A DNA stretch of 64,000 nt. It comes from Macrostomum lignano (Eukaryota). The notes under the pieces are model-generated. The model ran no database searches. It was not told the origin of the DNA and saw only the letters and a program-made list of their open reading frames with translations. The translations under genes and the position numbers were made by a program. Of the stretch, positions 51,010-61,233 are shown piece after piece (the stretch's first letter is position 1; every line of letters starts with the position of its first letter). Where the stretch lies: NCBI GenBank assembly GCA_002269645.1, contig NIVC01000286.1:62001-126000 (forward strand), read 5' to 3'.

Positions 51010-52744
51010 AGCGCAGAGCAAAGAGAAACGAGAAGAGATAATTGAGAAAAGATAAAAGAAGAGAAAGGAGAGATGAAAGAGCAGACGAGAGAGAAGAGAG
51101 GTGAGGGAAGAGACAAGAGAGAAGAGAAATGATTGAAGAGACGAGCGACGAGGGGAGAGAGAAGAGATAAAACAAGAAAAGAGATAAAAGGAAAGAGAGA
51201 GAGGAAAGAGGTGAGGGAAGAGACGAGAGAAAAGGGGAGAGAGGAGAGAGGAAAGAGTAGAGAGGAGAGATGAGAGAGTAGAAGAGAGAGTTAAGAGATG
51301 AGAGAGTAGAGGAGAGAGTTAAGATATGAGAGAAAAGAAGAGAGAGGAGAAGGAAGAGACGAGAGAAGAGGGGAGAGAGGAGAGAGGAGAGGAGAAAGAA
51401 AACGAAAAAGTAGAGAGGGAGAGGAGAGGAGAGAGAAAAGAAGAGGGAAGAGATGAGATAAGAGATATGAAAGAGAAGAAAGATGAGGGAGGATACGAAA
51501 GAAGATGGGAGAGAGGAGAGAGGAGAGGAGAGGAGAGAAAACGAAAAGTAGAAAGGAGAGAGGAGAGGAGAGAGAAAAGAATAAGGAAGAGATGAGGGAA
51601 GATACGAGAGAAGAGAGGAGAGAAGAGAGAGGAGAGAGGAGAGACGAGGGACGAGAGAGAAGAAAGGAAACAGAAGAGACGATAGAAATTTTAAAGGATC
51701 CAATGGACATAGGGAGAGTCAGGGAGAGGCCAGAGTTTGCCAATACATGTTTTAAAGTCAGACAGACATTGCCTGACATTCTGTGCAGTACCCCAGCCAA
51801 CAATATCAATGTTTGCCTCAAATCCTTACACCAATATGTCCATTTTATGTCTACCTCTATCCTACTAACTATTAACAAGTTTTTGTTTGTGTATGGCCTT
51901 AGATTTCAGAATTTCTGGGGATTCTCAGTTCCAGGGATTGGAATTCCCTGGGTTCAAAATCCGCGGGTATCAACAGCTTGTTGTTTATAAGAAAAAAAAA
52001 CTAGCACATTACTAGGTAGGACTGTAATTAATATAGATTAGGCCTATAGGGCTTATATTATTGCCTAAAAATTCGAATGAAATTCACAATTAGGCTAGAC
52101 TAGGCCTATAGGCTCTATTGGCATTCAAGAATCAAGAATTGATTGCTAAACTCCAGTTATAATTAGTACAATTTTAAGTTTAGCAAATGATTCTTAAAAA
52201 TTAAAAATTGCTACCTACCTACTAATCCTATAGCAAATAATAAAAATAAAATTCTGTCCTATGACCTATTCCTATCTAACCCTTATACCAGGAACCAGGG
52301 CCTATAGGGCCTATAGGGCCTATATATGCGGCATATGCCTAGGCCTATTTTTACATTGGACATGAACCTATCTTAATCCTGATATCTTGACATCTTAAAA
52401 TAAAATCCTGACAAACAGGCTAAGGCATGTAGCCTGGATTCAAGCCAATCAAGGATTTATATCAGCCAGGGGGGGGGCAGAGACATGAGACATCAATCTA
52501 TTTCTTTAATGCATGCATAACGTAGAAATAAAAACTGAAAAGCAAAATAAAAAAGCTGTAAAAAATTTTGGGGGACATTTCCCCAGTGTCCCCCCGCCTT
52601 GGGTACATCCCTGCTGACAAAAATTATTAATAAGTGTCATAAGATACTAAAATAAGAGTATTAGGTATTTAGGCTATGCTATAGTATATTACTACTACAA
52701 ATAGCTTACGCAGAAATATCCTTTCCTGAAATCAGCTTTGCCAT
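33195..52744 (-). CDS. MTHFD1: Cytosolic trifunctional C1-tetrahydrofolate synthase, 11 exons, 933 aa
   Basis: Exons 52744-52710, 45511-45427, 44878-44529, 43311-43167, 39648-39355, 38691-38522, 37577-37390, 37299-37031, 36580-35883, 35321-34987, 33427-33195 total 2802 nt, all in phase. Motifs Yxxx[63 protein letters not shown]; no mitochondrial leader. Confidence 0.97.
33525..34860. repeat. 30 bp minisatellite (tgaggatctaatccaatttagattcctacc)
   Basis: Tandem units, 10-aa period. Confidence 0.95.
34987..35321 (-). CDS. MTHFD1: MTHFD1 exon 10
   Basis: [13 protein letters not shown]...HWAEGG...YGADG; donor gtgagt. Confidence 0.95.
35360..35875. repeat. Two abutting 21 bp and 20 bp minisatellites sharing accctcca
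   Basis: ctaccctccagttgcttccac followed by caaccctccaatgagacaca. Confidence 0.92.
35883..36580 (-). CDS. MTHFD1: MTHFD1 exon 9
   Basis: RLDIDP...[10 protein letters not shown]...[11 protein letters not shown]. Confidence 0.96.
36606..36960. repeat. 46 bp minisatellite rich in TGTACA palindromes
   Basis: acatgtacactcttctgtactgtagctgtacattgtacacacttgt units. Confidence 0.93.
37031..37299 (-). CDS. MTHFD1: MTHFD1 exon 8
   Basis: [27 protein letters not shown]. Confidence 0.96.
37390..37577 (-). CDS. MTHFD1: MTHFD1 exon 7
   Basis: [17 protein letters not shown]...[12 protein letters not shown]; not listed in the ORF track. Confidence 0.96.
37608..38478. repeat. 24-25 bp minisatellite (tcatggcgctatctgacacctatg)
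   Basis: Tandem units. Confidence 0.95.
38522..38691 (-). CDS. MTHFD1: MTHFD1 exon 6
   Basis: [11 protein letters not shown]...EIG...[12 protein letters not shown]; donor gtgagt. Confidence 0.95.
38865..39255. repeat. 27 bp minisatellite (caattagtaagctactgacctaaaaat)
   Basis: About 14 tandem units. Confidence 0.95.
39355..39648 (-). CDS. MTHFD1: MTHFD1 exon 5
   Basis: ADLLVVAIG...[14 protein letters not shown]...[15 protein letters not shown]. Confidence 0.96.
39735..41010. repeat. 34/38 bp minisatellite (ggtttatgaagacactatgaagact...)
   Basis: Tandem units of two length classes. Confidence 0.95.
41621..43100 (-). mobile_element. 5'-truncated, degenerate RTE-like non-LTR retrotransposon
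   Basis: RT motifs [38 protein letters not shown]; YADD decayed to YAGG; frameshifts; stop followed by a (TTG)n tail near 41623-41634; the 5' edge is approximate. Confidence 0.88.
43167..43311 (-). CDS. MTHFD1: MTHFD1 exon 4
   Basis: [32 protein letters not shown]; donor gtgagt; not listed in the ORF track. Confidence 0.95.
43345..44470. repeat. 35 bp minisatellite (tatgaagggaaggtttatgaaggcactaggaggat)
   Basis: Tandem units; shares a core with the 39735 array. Confidence 0.95.
44529..44878 (-). CDS. MTHFD1: MTHFD1 exon 3
   Basis: [14 protein letters not shown]...VQLPL...KDVDGL...[11 protein letters not shown]. Confidence 0.96.
44979..45040 (+). other. Degenerate 28S rRNA helix 69-71 fragment (copy B)
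   Basis: ggtcaacggcaagagtaactatg...aatgcctcgtcagctaattag. Confidence 0.7.
45427..45511 (-). CDS. MTHFD1: MTHFD1 exon 2
   Basis: [28 protein letters not shown]; in phase with exons 1 and 3. Confidence 0.92.
47217..47515. mobile_element. 299 bp MITE with 8-bp TSD carrying the 28S-like cassette (copy C at 47345-47410)
   Basis: TIR catacttgcgcaac versus gttgcgcatgtatg; TSD ggagagag on both sides. Confidence 0.85.
49960..51690. repeat. About 1.7 kb GA-rich polypurine tract including (GA)n
   Basis: Direct reading; mirrored as a TC-rich tract at about 60480-62230. Confidence 0.95.
52710..52744 (-). CDS. MTHFD1: MTHFD1 exon 1 ([12 protein letters not shown])
   Basis: Matches the MTHFD1 N-terminus (ILNGKEISA); donor gtaagc; phase 2 joins exon 2. 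Confidence 0.9.
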
Positions 52745-54220
52745 GTTGACTTTTGTAGTGTAGCCGAAAAAAGCTTTTGATTGATGAAGAACTTTATTTT
52801 GTAAAGAAAAGTAAAGAAACTTAAATTTCAAGCTGAAGCACTTACGAAGACCTATCGCGATCATTGGTGTGTGTTGTCGCAAAAGCGAAGCGCGTGAGAG
52901 GCACCATGATAAGATAAAACCGAGATTATGACGATAACAATACTTCATAGAAAATAATAAAAATTAAAAATATGAGTGATTTCATTATTACTGATAAAAA
53001 ATTGATAAAACGTGAGGTGTGCAAGGTTGCTTTTGTTTAAATAGGTTACTGATGGGTGATAGTTACAATTCGCACGTTTCAAATTTATTGTTTCAAAAAG
53101 AGAGCCAAAACCAGAATACAACCTCAGAAATTCCCCACCCCAAATGGCAAGTAGACTTTAGAGCTCTCCTTTCAAAGTGAAAAAAACGTGGACATGGCAT
53201 TGAAAATCCCTAGCTGTTGCTTGAATCCTAAATTCCAGGAACTAGATATGGGAAACATATGTCCCCGTAACCAATATATTATCTGTAAATGTGCAGCTTT
53301 GTCTAAAACCTCCGTAACTTCCCGTACATGTACGTAGCCATATCCGTTCCAAGGACTATTGTTAAGAGTTGTTTAGTAGTCCTTGATCCGTAGCAATGGC
53401 GGAAGTCTACCATTAAATGCTATCCCAAATTTGGGATTGTGAATTTCGAAAGGACCAGCATAAACAGTAATACATGAAGGTTGCATATTGGGGGTTGTGC
53501 ATGAAGCTTGACTGGAAAAATTCCGTGTAAAAATGACGCGAACTCGGCCGGGGTCTTTTACGAGTTTTTAGTCGAGTTACCGCCTAGTCTATAAATTATC
53601 TACATCCATGAAGATGCAAATAAAACGCATGTGTTTCACTAGCTAATTACAGTTAACTGTTTAGTATGTATTATGACGTAGTGTAGTATGTGATTTTGAA
53701 ATAGGGGGGGTTTATTGCATTACGGCGCCTGATACACGTGGTAAACTGTGACACATTGTGCTCAAATTTTTCTCAGCTAGCTTCTTCTTTACCGTAACCG
53801 TCTTGGCTGGGGCGCACCTAGATGCAGTCATGCACGAGCTTCCTCACCACTGCATCACTGTTCTCGATCCTTTACAAATGCCTCCTAAACATTTCTGCAA
53901 ACCTGCAGGCATTTGTCGTTTTCTCTTTCCATGAATCCTTGTGACATTCTTCTGTAACATTTCATGTTCAAAGTAAAATATTTGCTCAGCTTCAGCTTTG
54001 CTTCTGCGCAGCTAAAATACAGTATATAGTAAAATGATGAAGGTTACATGTACATGGATTACAAGTAAATGTTTTTGTAAAGAGGTACATGTAATTATGA
54101 GTCGAGCAAGTTTTATGCAGATATAATTAGTAGGAGCTTCTGAATTAGTGACGAAGGCATGACAGTTAATTAAATCCGTTTTTTAGTGTTTGGTAAGTAA
54201 GTTTAAATCATTTTCTGCTT

Positions 54221-54367
54221 TTAAAGTGCCGCTTTTATGCCGTTTCGTTCGCCATTTTGTTGCTTTGAATAACTTCCAATGTCTTCTAGAAGCAATCGAA
54301 CTGTTTCCTTGGCACAGCCCCAGAAAATTGTCAAACCTGAGCCGCCGTGACCGTAGTTGTGATAGAT
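54221..54367 (-). CDS. DAO: D-amino acid oxidase terminal exon (left-arm copy)
   Basis: ttgcag acceptor; [19 protein letters not shown] matches DAO VIHNYGHGGYGLTIHWGCA. Confidence 0.85.
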   Translation of the reverse strand: MYHNYGHGGSGLTIFWGCAKETVRLLLEDIGSYSKQQNGERNGIKAAL

Positions 54368-54419
54368 CTGCAAGTTTGAGAGTTTTATAGGCTTATTAAC
54401 CCTCGAATAAATGATTGCT

Positions 54420-54773
54420 GGGGTTGAGAAGCTACTCAACTCGAACTGAATCAGGTTGAGAAACTACTCAACTCGAACGGAATCAGGTTGAGAAGCTATA
54501 CTCAACTCGAACGGAATCAGGTTGAGAAACTACTCAACTCGAACTGAATAAGGTTGAGAAGCTACTCAACTCGAACTGAATCAGGTTGAGAAACTACTCA
54601 ACTCGAACGGAATCAGGTTGAGAAGCTATACTCAACTCGAACGGAATCAGGTTGAGAAACTACTCAACTCGAACGGAATCAGGTTGAGAAACTACTCAAC
54701 TCGAACTGAATCAGGTTGAGAAGCTATACTCAACTCGAACTGAATCAGGTTGAGAAGCTATACTCAACTCGAA
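54420..54773. repeat. 32/34 bp minisatellite (left copy, cut by the gap)
   Basis: Reverse complement of the 56228-57736 array. Confidence 0.95.
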
Positions 54774-54827
54774 NNNNNNNNNNNNNNNNNNNNNNNNNNN
54801 NNNNNNNNNNNNNNNNNNNNNNNNNNN
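54774..54827. other. Assembly gap (54 N)
   Basis: Run of N. Confidence 1.
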
Positions 54828-54998
54828 AAGTTTTGTAATAAACTACATGTAGCATCTCTTTGCAATATACCTCAGCCGTTTCTTGTAAGCCTTGACACGT
54901 CAGTAATTCCACCCCCCCTCCCACAAGCTTTAACATATCAACTTCCCCCCTGACATCTCAGCGATGCCCCCCATATGAAATCTAAAAAAATATGTCCA

Positions 54999-55050
54999 CC
55001 TAACACTAACCCTAGCCTAACTCTAACCCTAACCCTAACCCTAACCCTAA
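54999..55050. repeat. Short interstitial telomere-like (CCCTAA)n tract
   Basis: taaccctaaccctaaccctaaccctaa plus degenerate units. Confidence 0.7.
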
Positions 55051-55977
55051 AGCACTGACATTTCAGTAATTCACTCCAAGAGTCATTATAGCACTACAGC
55101 ATTATAGCGATTCCCTGCAAGCCTTGACATCGTAGGGATTCCCAAATGAATCTCTTAACTTCGACATGAAGCTTCTTTTAATTTTTACATTACGCTTTTT
55201 CTATCAGCGATCCCTCCCCTGAGGAAGCAACAAATAATGTATTAAAAAGTTTTCAATAAACTACATGCAGCTTCTGACTTTAGCCTTGACATTTCAGCTA
55301 TTCCCCCTGTAAGCCTTGAAATGTCAGCGATGCCCCCATAAACCTTGAAATCTGAAAAATCCCCTGTTAACCTTGAAACCCGCTAAAATCTAACCATCAA
55401 TCCAAACCTGACCTAAACCTAACTTTAACCCAACCTAAAGCCTTGAAATCTCAGCAATTCTTCTCCCCTAAGCCTTGACATTTTAGTGATTCCTTCTTTA
55501 AGAATCACAGCACTATAACGATTCCCTCCAAGCCTTGACATCGTAGCAATTCCCAAATGAATCTTTTAACTTCGACAGGACTTTTCTTTTATGTATACAT
55601 AGTGCTTCTTTTCTTTTTTACATGACTCTTCTTCTATCAGCGCCCCCGTGGCGAGCCAACAAAGAATGTAATAAAAAATTGATCGGTATTGATCGGTAAA
55701 TGCACTAATGATGCATCTAGGGTTTGATTCTCAAGTCAAAGTCTAGATGCTCAAACGAAAGACAGTATGGTCAACTCAGGGACTACTTAAACTTAAGGAC
55801 TAGTTTAAGTAGTCCCTGGGTCAACTGAAGATTAATGTGCTTAAATGAAGGTCACGATACTCAATTAAAAGTTACATTGCTCAAAATAAAGATCACAATA
55901 GTCAAGTTAATAGAGTCTGTTCATGATACTGAAATTACATTTATGCTAGATTAAAATTTGCCTCACCGACCATGCAG

Positions 55978-56181
55978 TTCGGACACTGTGGTACTCGGCG
56001 GCACCTCACAGAAAGGCAACTGGAGCACGGAGGTGTCAGCAGTTGACAAAGCGGACATCCTGCACGAGTAACATCTCTGTGGCCGTCACTTGCCTCAGCT
56101 CCCATTGTGCAGGACGCTGTCGGTCTGCGGCCTGGTCGTGAGCAGGTTCGCTTGGAGAGGGAAATTCGACCCGACTGTACT
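55978..56181 (+). CDS. DAO: D-amino acid oxidase penultimate exon with an apparent 1-nt frameshift
   Basis: SDTVVLGGTSQKGNWS...ILH, then in another frame VTSLWPSL...GLRPGREQVRLERE (DAO TVTLGG..GNW and GFRPVRPQIRLERE); donor gtgagt in phase 0; frameshift near 56063-56067. Confidence 0.82.
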
Positions 56182-56227
56182 GTGAGTTCGAATTTAGTAG
56201 CCTTTTATCTGACTTACGATTCATACA

Positions 56228-57736
56228 GTTCGAGTTGAGTATAGCTTCTCAACCTGATTCCGTTCGAGTTGAGTAGTTTCTCAACCTGATTCAGTTCGAG
56301 TTGAGTATAGCTTCTCAACCTGATTCAGTTCGAGTTGAGTATAGCTTCTCAACCTGATTCAGTTCGAGTTGAGTAGTTTCTCAACCTGATTCAGTTCGAG
56401 TTGAGTAGTTTCTCAACCTGATTCAGTTCGAGTTGAGTATAGCTTCTCAACCTGATTCAGTTCGAGTTGAGTATAGCTTCTCAACCTGATTCAGTTCGAG
56501 TTGAGTAGCTTCTCAACCTGATTCAGTTCGAGTTGAGTATAGCTTCTCAACCTGATTCCGTTCGAGTTGAGTAGTTTCTCAACCTGATTCAGTTCGAGTT
56601 GAGTATAGCTTCTCAACCTGATTCAGTTCGAGTTGAGTAGCTTCTCAACCTGATTCAGTTCGAGTTGAGTATAGCTTCTCAACCTGATTCAGTTCGAGTT
56701 GAGTATAGCTTCTCAACCTGATTCAGTTCGAGTTGAGTAGCTTCTCAACCTGATTCAGTTCGAGTTGAGTATAGCTTCTCAACCTGATTCAGTTCGAGTT
56801 GAGTATAGCTTCTCAACCTGATTCAGTTCGAGTTGAGTAGCTTCTCAACCTGATTCAGTTCGAGTTGAGTATAGCTTCTCAACCTGATTCAGTTCGAGTT
56901 GAGTAGCTTCTCAACCTGATTCAGTTCGAGTTGAGTAGCTTCTCAACCTGATTCAGTTCGAGTTGAGTATAGCTTCTCAACCTGATTCAGTTCGAGTTGA
57001 GTAGCTTCTCAACCTGATTCAGTTCGAGTTGAGTATAGCTTCTCAACCTGATTCCGTTCGAGTTGAGTAGTTTCTCAACCTGATTCAGTTCGAGTTGAGT
57101 ATAGCTTCTCAACCTGATTCCGTTCGAGTTGAGTAGTTTCTCAACCTGATTCCCTTCGAGTTGAGTAGTTTCTCAACCTGATTCAGTTCGAGTTGAGTAT
57201 AGCTTCTCAACCTGATTCAGTTCTAGTTGAGTAGTTTCTCAACCTGATTCCGTTCGAGTTGAGTAGTTTCTCAACCTGATTCAGTTCGAGTTGATTATAG
57301 CTTCTCAACCTGATTCAGTTCGAGTTGAGTATAGCTTCTCAACCTGATTCCGTTCGAGTTGAGTAGCTTCTCAACCTGATTCAGTTCGAGTTGAGTATAG
57401 CTTCTCAACCTGATTCAGTTCGAGTTGAGTATAGCTTCTCAACCTGATTCAGTTCGAGTTGAGTAGTTTCTCAACCTGATTCCGTTCGAGTTGAGTAGTT
57501 TCTCAACCTGATTCCGTTCGAGTTGAGTATAGCTTCTCAACCTGATTCCGTTCGAGTTGAGTAGTTTCTCAACCTGATTCAGTTCGAGTTGAGTAGCTTC
57601 TCAACCTTATTCAGTTCGAGTTGAGTAGTTTCTCAACCTGATTCCGTTCGAGTTGAGTATAGCTTCTCAACCTGATTCCGTTCGAGTTGAGTAGTTTCTC
57701 AACCTGATTCAGTTCGAGTTGAGTAGCTTCTCAACC
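56228..57736. repeat. 32/34 bp minisatellite with an internal GTTGAG...CTCAAC hairpin
   Basis: cagttcgagttgagtatagcttctcaacctgatt units filling the last DAO intron. Confidence 0.96.
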
Positions 57737-57789
57737 CCAGCAATCATTTATTCGAGGGTTAATAAGCTATAAAACTCTCAAACTTGCAG

Positions 57790-57936
57790 ATCTATCACAA
57801 CTACGGTCACGGCGGCTCAGGTTTGACAATTTTCTGGGGCTGTGCCAAGGAAACAGTTCGATTGCTTCTAGAAGACATTGGAAGTTATTCAAAGCAACAA
57901 AATGGCGAACGAAACGGCATAAAAGCGGCACTTTAA
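57790..57936 (+). CDS. DAO: D-amino acid oxidase terminal exon (right-arm copy)
   Basis: ttgcag acceptor; 48 codons IYHNYGHGG...GIKAAL then TAA. Confidence 0.85.
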   Translation: MYHNYGHGGSGLTIFWGCAKETVRLLLEDIGSYSKQQNGERNGIKAAL

Positions 57937-59416
57937 AAGCAGAAAATGATTTAAACTTACTTACCAAACACTAAAAAACGGATTTAATTAACTGTCATGC
58001 CTTCGTCACTAATTCAGAAGCTCCTACTAATTATATCTGCATAAAACTTGCTCGACTCATAATTACATGTACCTCTTTACAAAAACATTTACTTGTAATC
58101 CATGTACATGTAACCTTCATCATTTTACTATATACTGTATTTTAGCTGCGCAGAAGCAAAGCTGAAGCTGAGCAAATATTTTACTTTGAACATGAAATGT
58201 TACAGAAGAATGTCACAAGGATTTCATGGAAAGAGAAAACGACAAATGCCTGCAGGTTTGCAGAAATGTTTAGGAGGCATTTGTAAAGGATCGAGAACAG
58301 TGATGCAGTGGTGGAGGAAGCTCGTGCATGACTGCATCTAGGTGCGCCCCCAGCCAAGACGGTTACGGTAAAGAAGAAGCTAGCTGAGAAAAATTTTGAG
58401 CACAATGTGTCACAGTTTACCACGTGTATCAGGCGCCGTAATGCAATAAACCCCCCCTATTTCAAAATCACATACTACACTACGTCATAATACATACTAA
58501 ACAGTTAACTGTAATTAGCTAGTGAAACACATGCGTTTTTATTTGCATCTTATGGATGTAGATAATTTATAGACTAGGCGGTAACTCGACTAAAAACTCG
58601 TAAAAGACCCGGCCGAGTTCGCGTCATTTTTACACGGAATTTTTCCAGTCAAGCTTCATGCACAACCCCCAATATGCAACCTTCATGTATTACTGTTTAT
58701 GCTGGTCCTTTCGAAATTCACAATCCCAAATTTGGGATAGCATTTAATGGTAGACTTCCGCCATTGCTACGGATCAAGGACTACTAAACAACTCTTAACA
58801 ATAGTCCTTGGAACGGATATGGCTACGTACATGTACGGGAAGTTACGGAGGTTTTAGACAAAGCTGCACATTTACAGATAATATATTGGTTACGGGGACA
58901 TATGTTTCCCATATCTAGTTCCTGGAATTTAGGATTCAAGCAACAGCTAGGGATTTTCAATGCCATGTCCACGTTTTTTTCACTTTGAAAGGAGAGCTCT
59001 AAAGTCTACTTGCCATTTGGGGTGGGGAATTTCTGAGGTTGTATTCTGGTTTTGGCTCTCTTTTTTGAAACAATAAATTTGAAACGTGCGAATTGTAACT
59101 ATCACCCATCAGTAACCTATTTAAACAAAAGCAACCTTGCACACCTCACGTTTTATCAATTTTTTATCAGTAATAATGAAATCACTCATATTTTTAATTT
59201 TTATTATTTTCTATGAAGTATTGTTATCGTCATAATCTCGGTTTTATCTTATCATGGTGCCTCTCACGCGCTTCGCTTTTGCGACAAACACCACCAATGA
59301 TCGCGATAGGTCTTCGTAAGTGCTTCAGCTTGAAATTTAAGTTTCTTTACTTTTCTTTACAAAATAAAGTTCTTCATCAATCAAAAGCTTTTTTCGGCTA
59401 CACTACAAAAGTCAAC

Positions 59417-59451
59417 ATGGCAAAGCTGATTTCAGGAAAGGATATTTCTGC
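59417..59451 (+). CDS. MTHFD1: MTHFD1 exon 1, second copy (rest presumably beyond the window)
   Basis: ATGGCAAAGCTGATTTCAGGAAAGGATATTTCTGC|gtaag, identical to 52744-52710. Confidence 0.85.
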
Positions 59452-61139
59452 GTAAGCTATTTGTAGTAGTAATATACTATAGCATAGCCTAAATACCTAA
59501 TACTCTTATTTTAGTATCTTATGACACTTATTAATAATTTTTGTCAGCAGGGATGTACCCAAGGCGGGGGGACACTGGGGAAATGTCCCCCAAAATTTTT
59601 TACAGCTTTTTTATTTTGCTTTTCAGTTTTTATTTCTACGTTATGCATGCATTAAAGAAATAGATTGATGTCTCATGTCTCTGCCCCCCCCCCTGGCTGA
59701 TATAAATCCTTGATTGGCTTGAATCCAGGCTACATGCCTTAGCCTGTTTGTCAGGATTTTATTTTAAGATGTCAAGATATCAGGATTAAGATAGGTTCAT
59801 GTCCAATGTAAAAATAGGCCTAGGCATATGCCGCATATATAGGCCCTATAGGCCCTATAGGCCCTGGTTCCTGGTATAAGGGTTAGATAGGAATAGGTCA
59901 ATAGGACAGAATTTTATTTTTATTATTTGCTATAGGATTAGTAGGTAGGTAGCAATTTTTAATTTTTAAGAATCATTTGCTAAACTTAAAATTGTACTAA
60001 TTATAACTGGAGTTTAGCAATCAATTCTTGATTCTTGAATGCCAATAGAGCCTATAGGCCTAGTCTAGCCTAATTGTGAAATTTCATTCGAATTTTTAGG
60101 CAATAATATAAGCCCTATAGGCCTAATCTATATTAATTACAGTCCTACCTAGTAATGTGCTAGTTTTTTTTCTTATAAACAACAAGCTGTTGATACCCGC
60201 AGATTTTGAACCCAGGGAATTCCAATCCCTGGAACTGAGAATCCCCAGAAATTCTGAAATCTAAGGCCATACACAAACAAAAACTTGTTAATAGTTAGTA
60301 GGATAGAGGTAGACATAAAATGGACATATTGGTGTAAGGATTTGAGGCAAACATTGATATTGTTGGCTGGGGTACTGCACAGAATGTCAGGCAATGTCTG
60401 TCTGACTTTAAAACATGTATTGGCAAACTCTGGCCTCTCCCTGACTCTCCCTATGTCCATTGGATCCTTTAAAATTTCTATCGTCTCTTCTGTTTCCTTT
60501 CTTCTCTCTCGTCCCTCGTCTCTCCTCTCTCTTCTCTCCTCTCTTCTCTCGTATCTTCCCTCATCTCTTCCTTATTCTTTTCTCTCTCCTCTTCTCTCTC
60601 CTTTCTACTTTTCGTTTTCTCTCCTCTCCTCTCCTCTCTCCTCTCTCCATCTTCTTTCGTATCCTCCCTCATCTTTCTTCTCTTTCATATCTCTTATCTC
60701 ATCTCTTCCCTCTTCTTTTCTCTCTCCTCTCCTCTCCCCTCTCTACTTTTTCGTTTTCTTTCTCCTCTCCTCTCTCCTCTCTCCCCTCTTCTCTCGTCTC
60801 TTCCTTCTCCTCTCTATTCTTTTCTCTCATATCTTAACTCTCTCCTCTACTCTCTCATCTCTTAACTCTCTCTTCTACTCTCTCATCTCTCCTCTCTACT
60901 CTTTCCTCTCTCCTCTCTCCCCTTTTCTCTCGTCTCTTCCCTCACCTCTTTCCTCTCTCTCTTTCCTTTTATCTCTTTTCTTGTTTTATCTCTTCTCTCT
61001 CCCTCGTCGCTCGTCTCTTCAATCATTTCTCTTCTCTCTTGTCTCTTCCCTCACCTCTCTTCTCTCTCGTCTGCTCTTTCATCTCTCCTTTCTCTTCTTT
61101 TATCTTTTCTCAATTATCTCTTCTCGTTTCTCTTTGCTC

Positions 61140-61233
<94 letters not shown>

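Larger units (their letters stand above)
45861..51990 (+). mobile_element. Two diverged tandem units of about 3 kb with Helitron-like 5' ends and long polypurine tracts
   Basis: a|tctctac(c/a)tataaaaatgaaaactctgt at 45861 and 48702; 45861-47000 resembles 48702-50050, and 48380-48660 resembles 51680-51960; no 3' CTRR hairpin identified. Confidence 0.5.
48466..54773 (-). repeat. Left arm of a large inverted duplication
   Basis: Reverse complement of 57384-64000; mirror pairs 52744/59417, 54367/57790 and 48466/64000. Confidence 0.95.

Noticed and set aside
46794-51878. Ser/Leu-rich and Glu/Arg-rich ORFs
   Set aside because: Translations of GA/TC low-complexity tracts, duplicated at 60285-62203
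32540-57736. CRISPR-like regular repeats of 27-38 bp
   Set aside because: Units are head-to-tail with no unique spacers, there are no cas genes, and the context is eukaryotic introns
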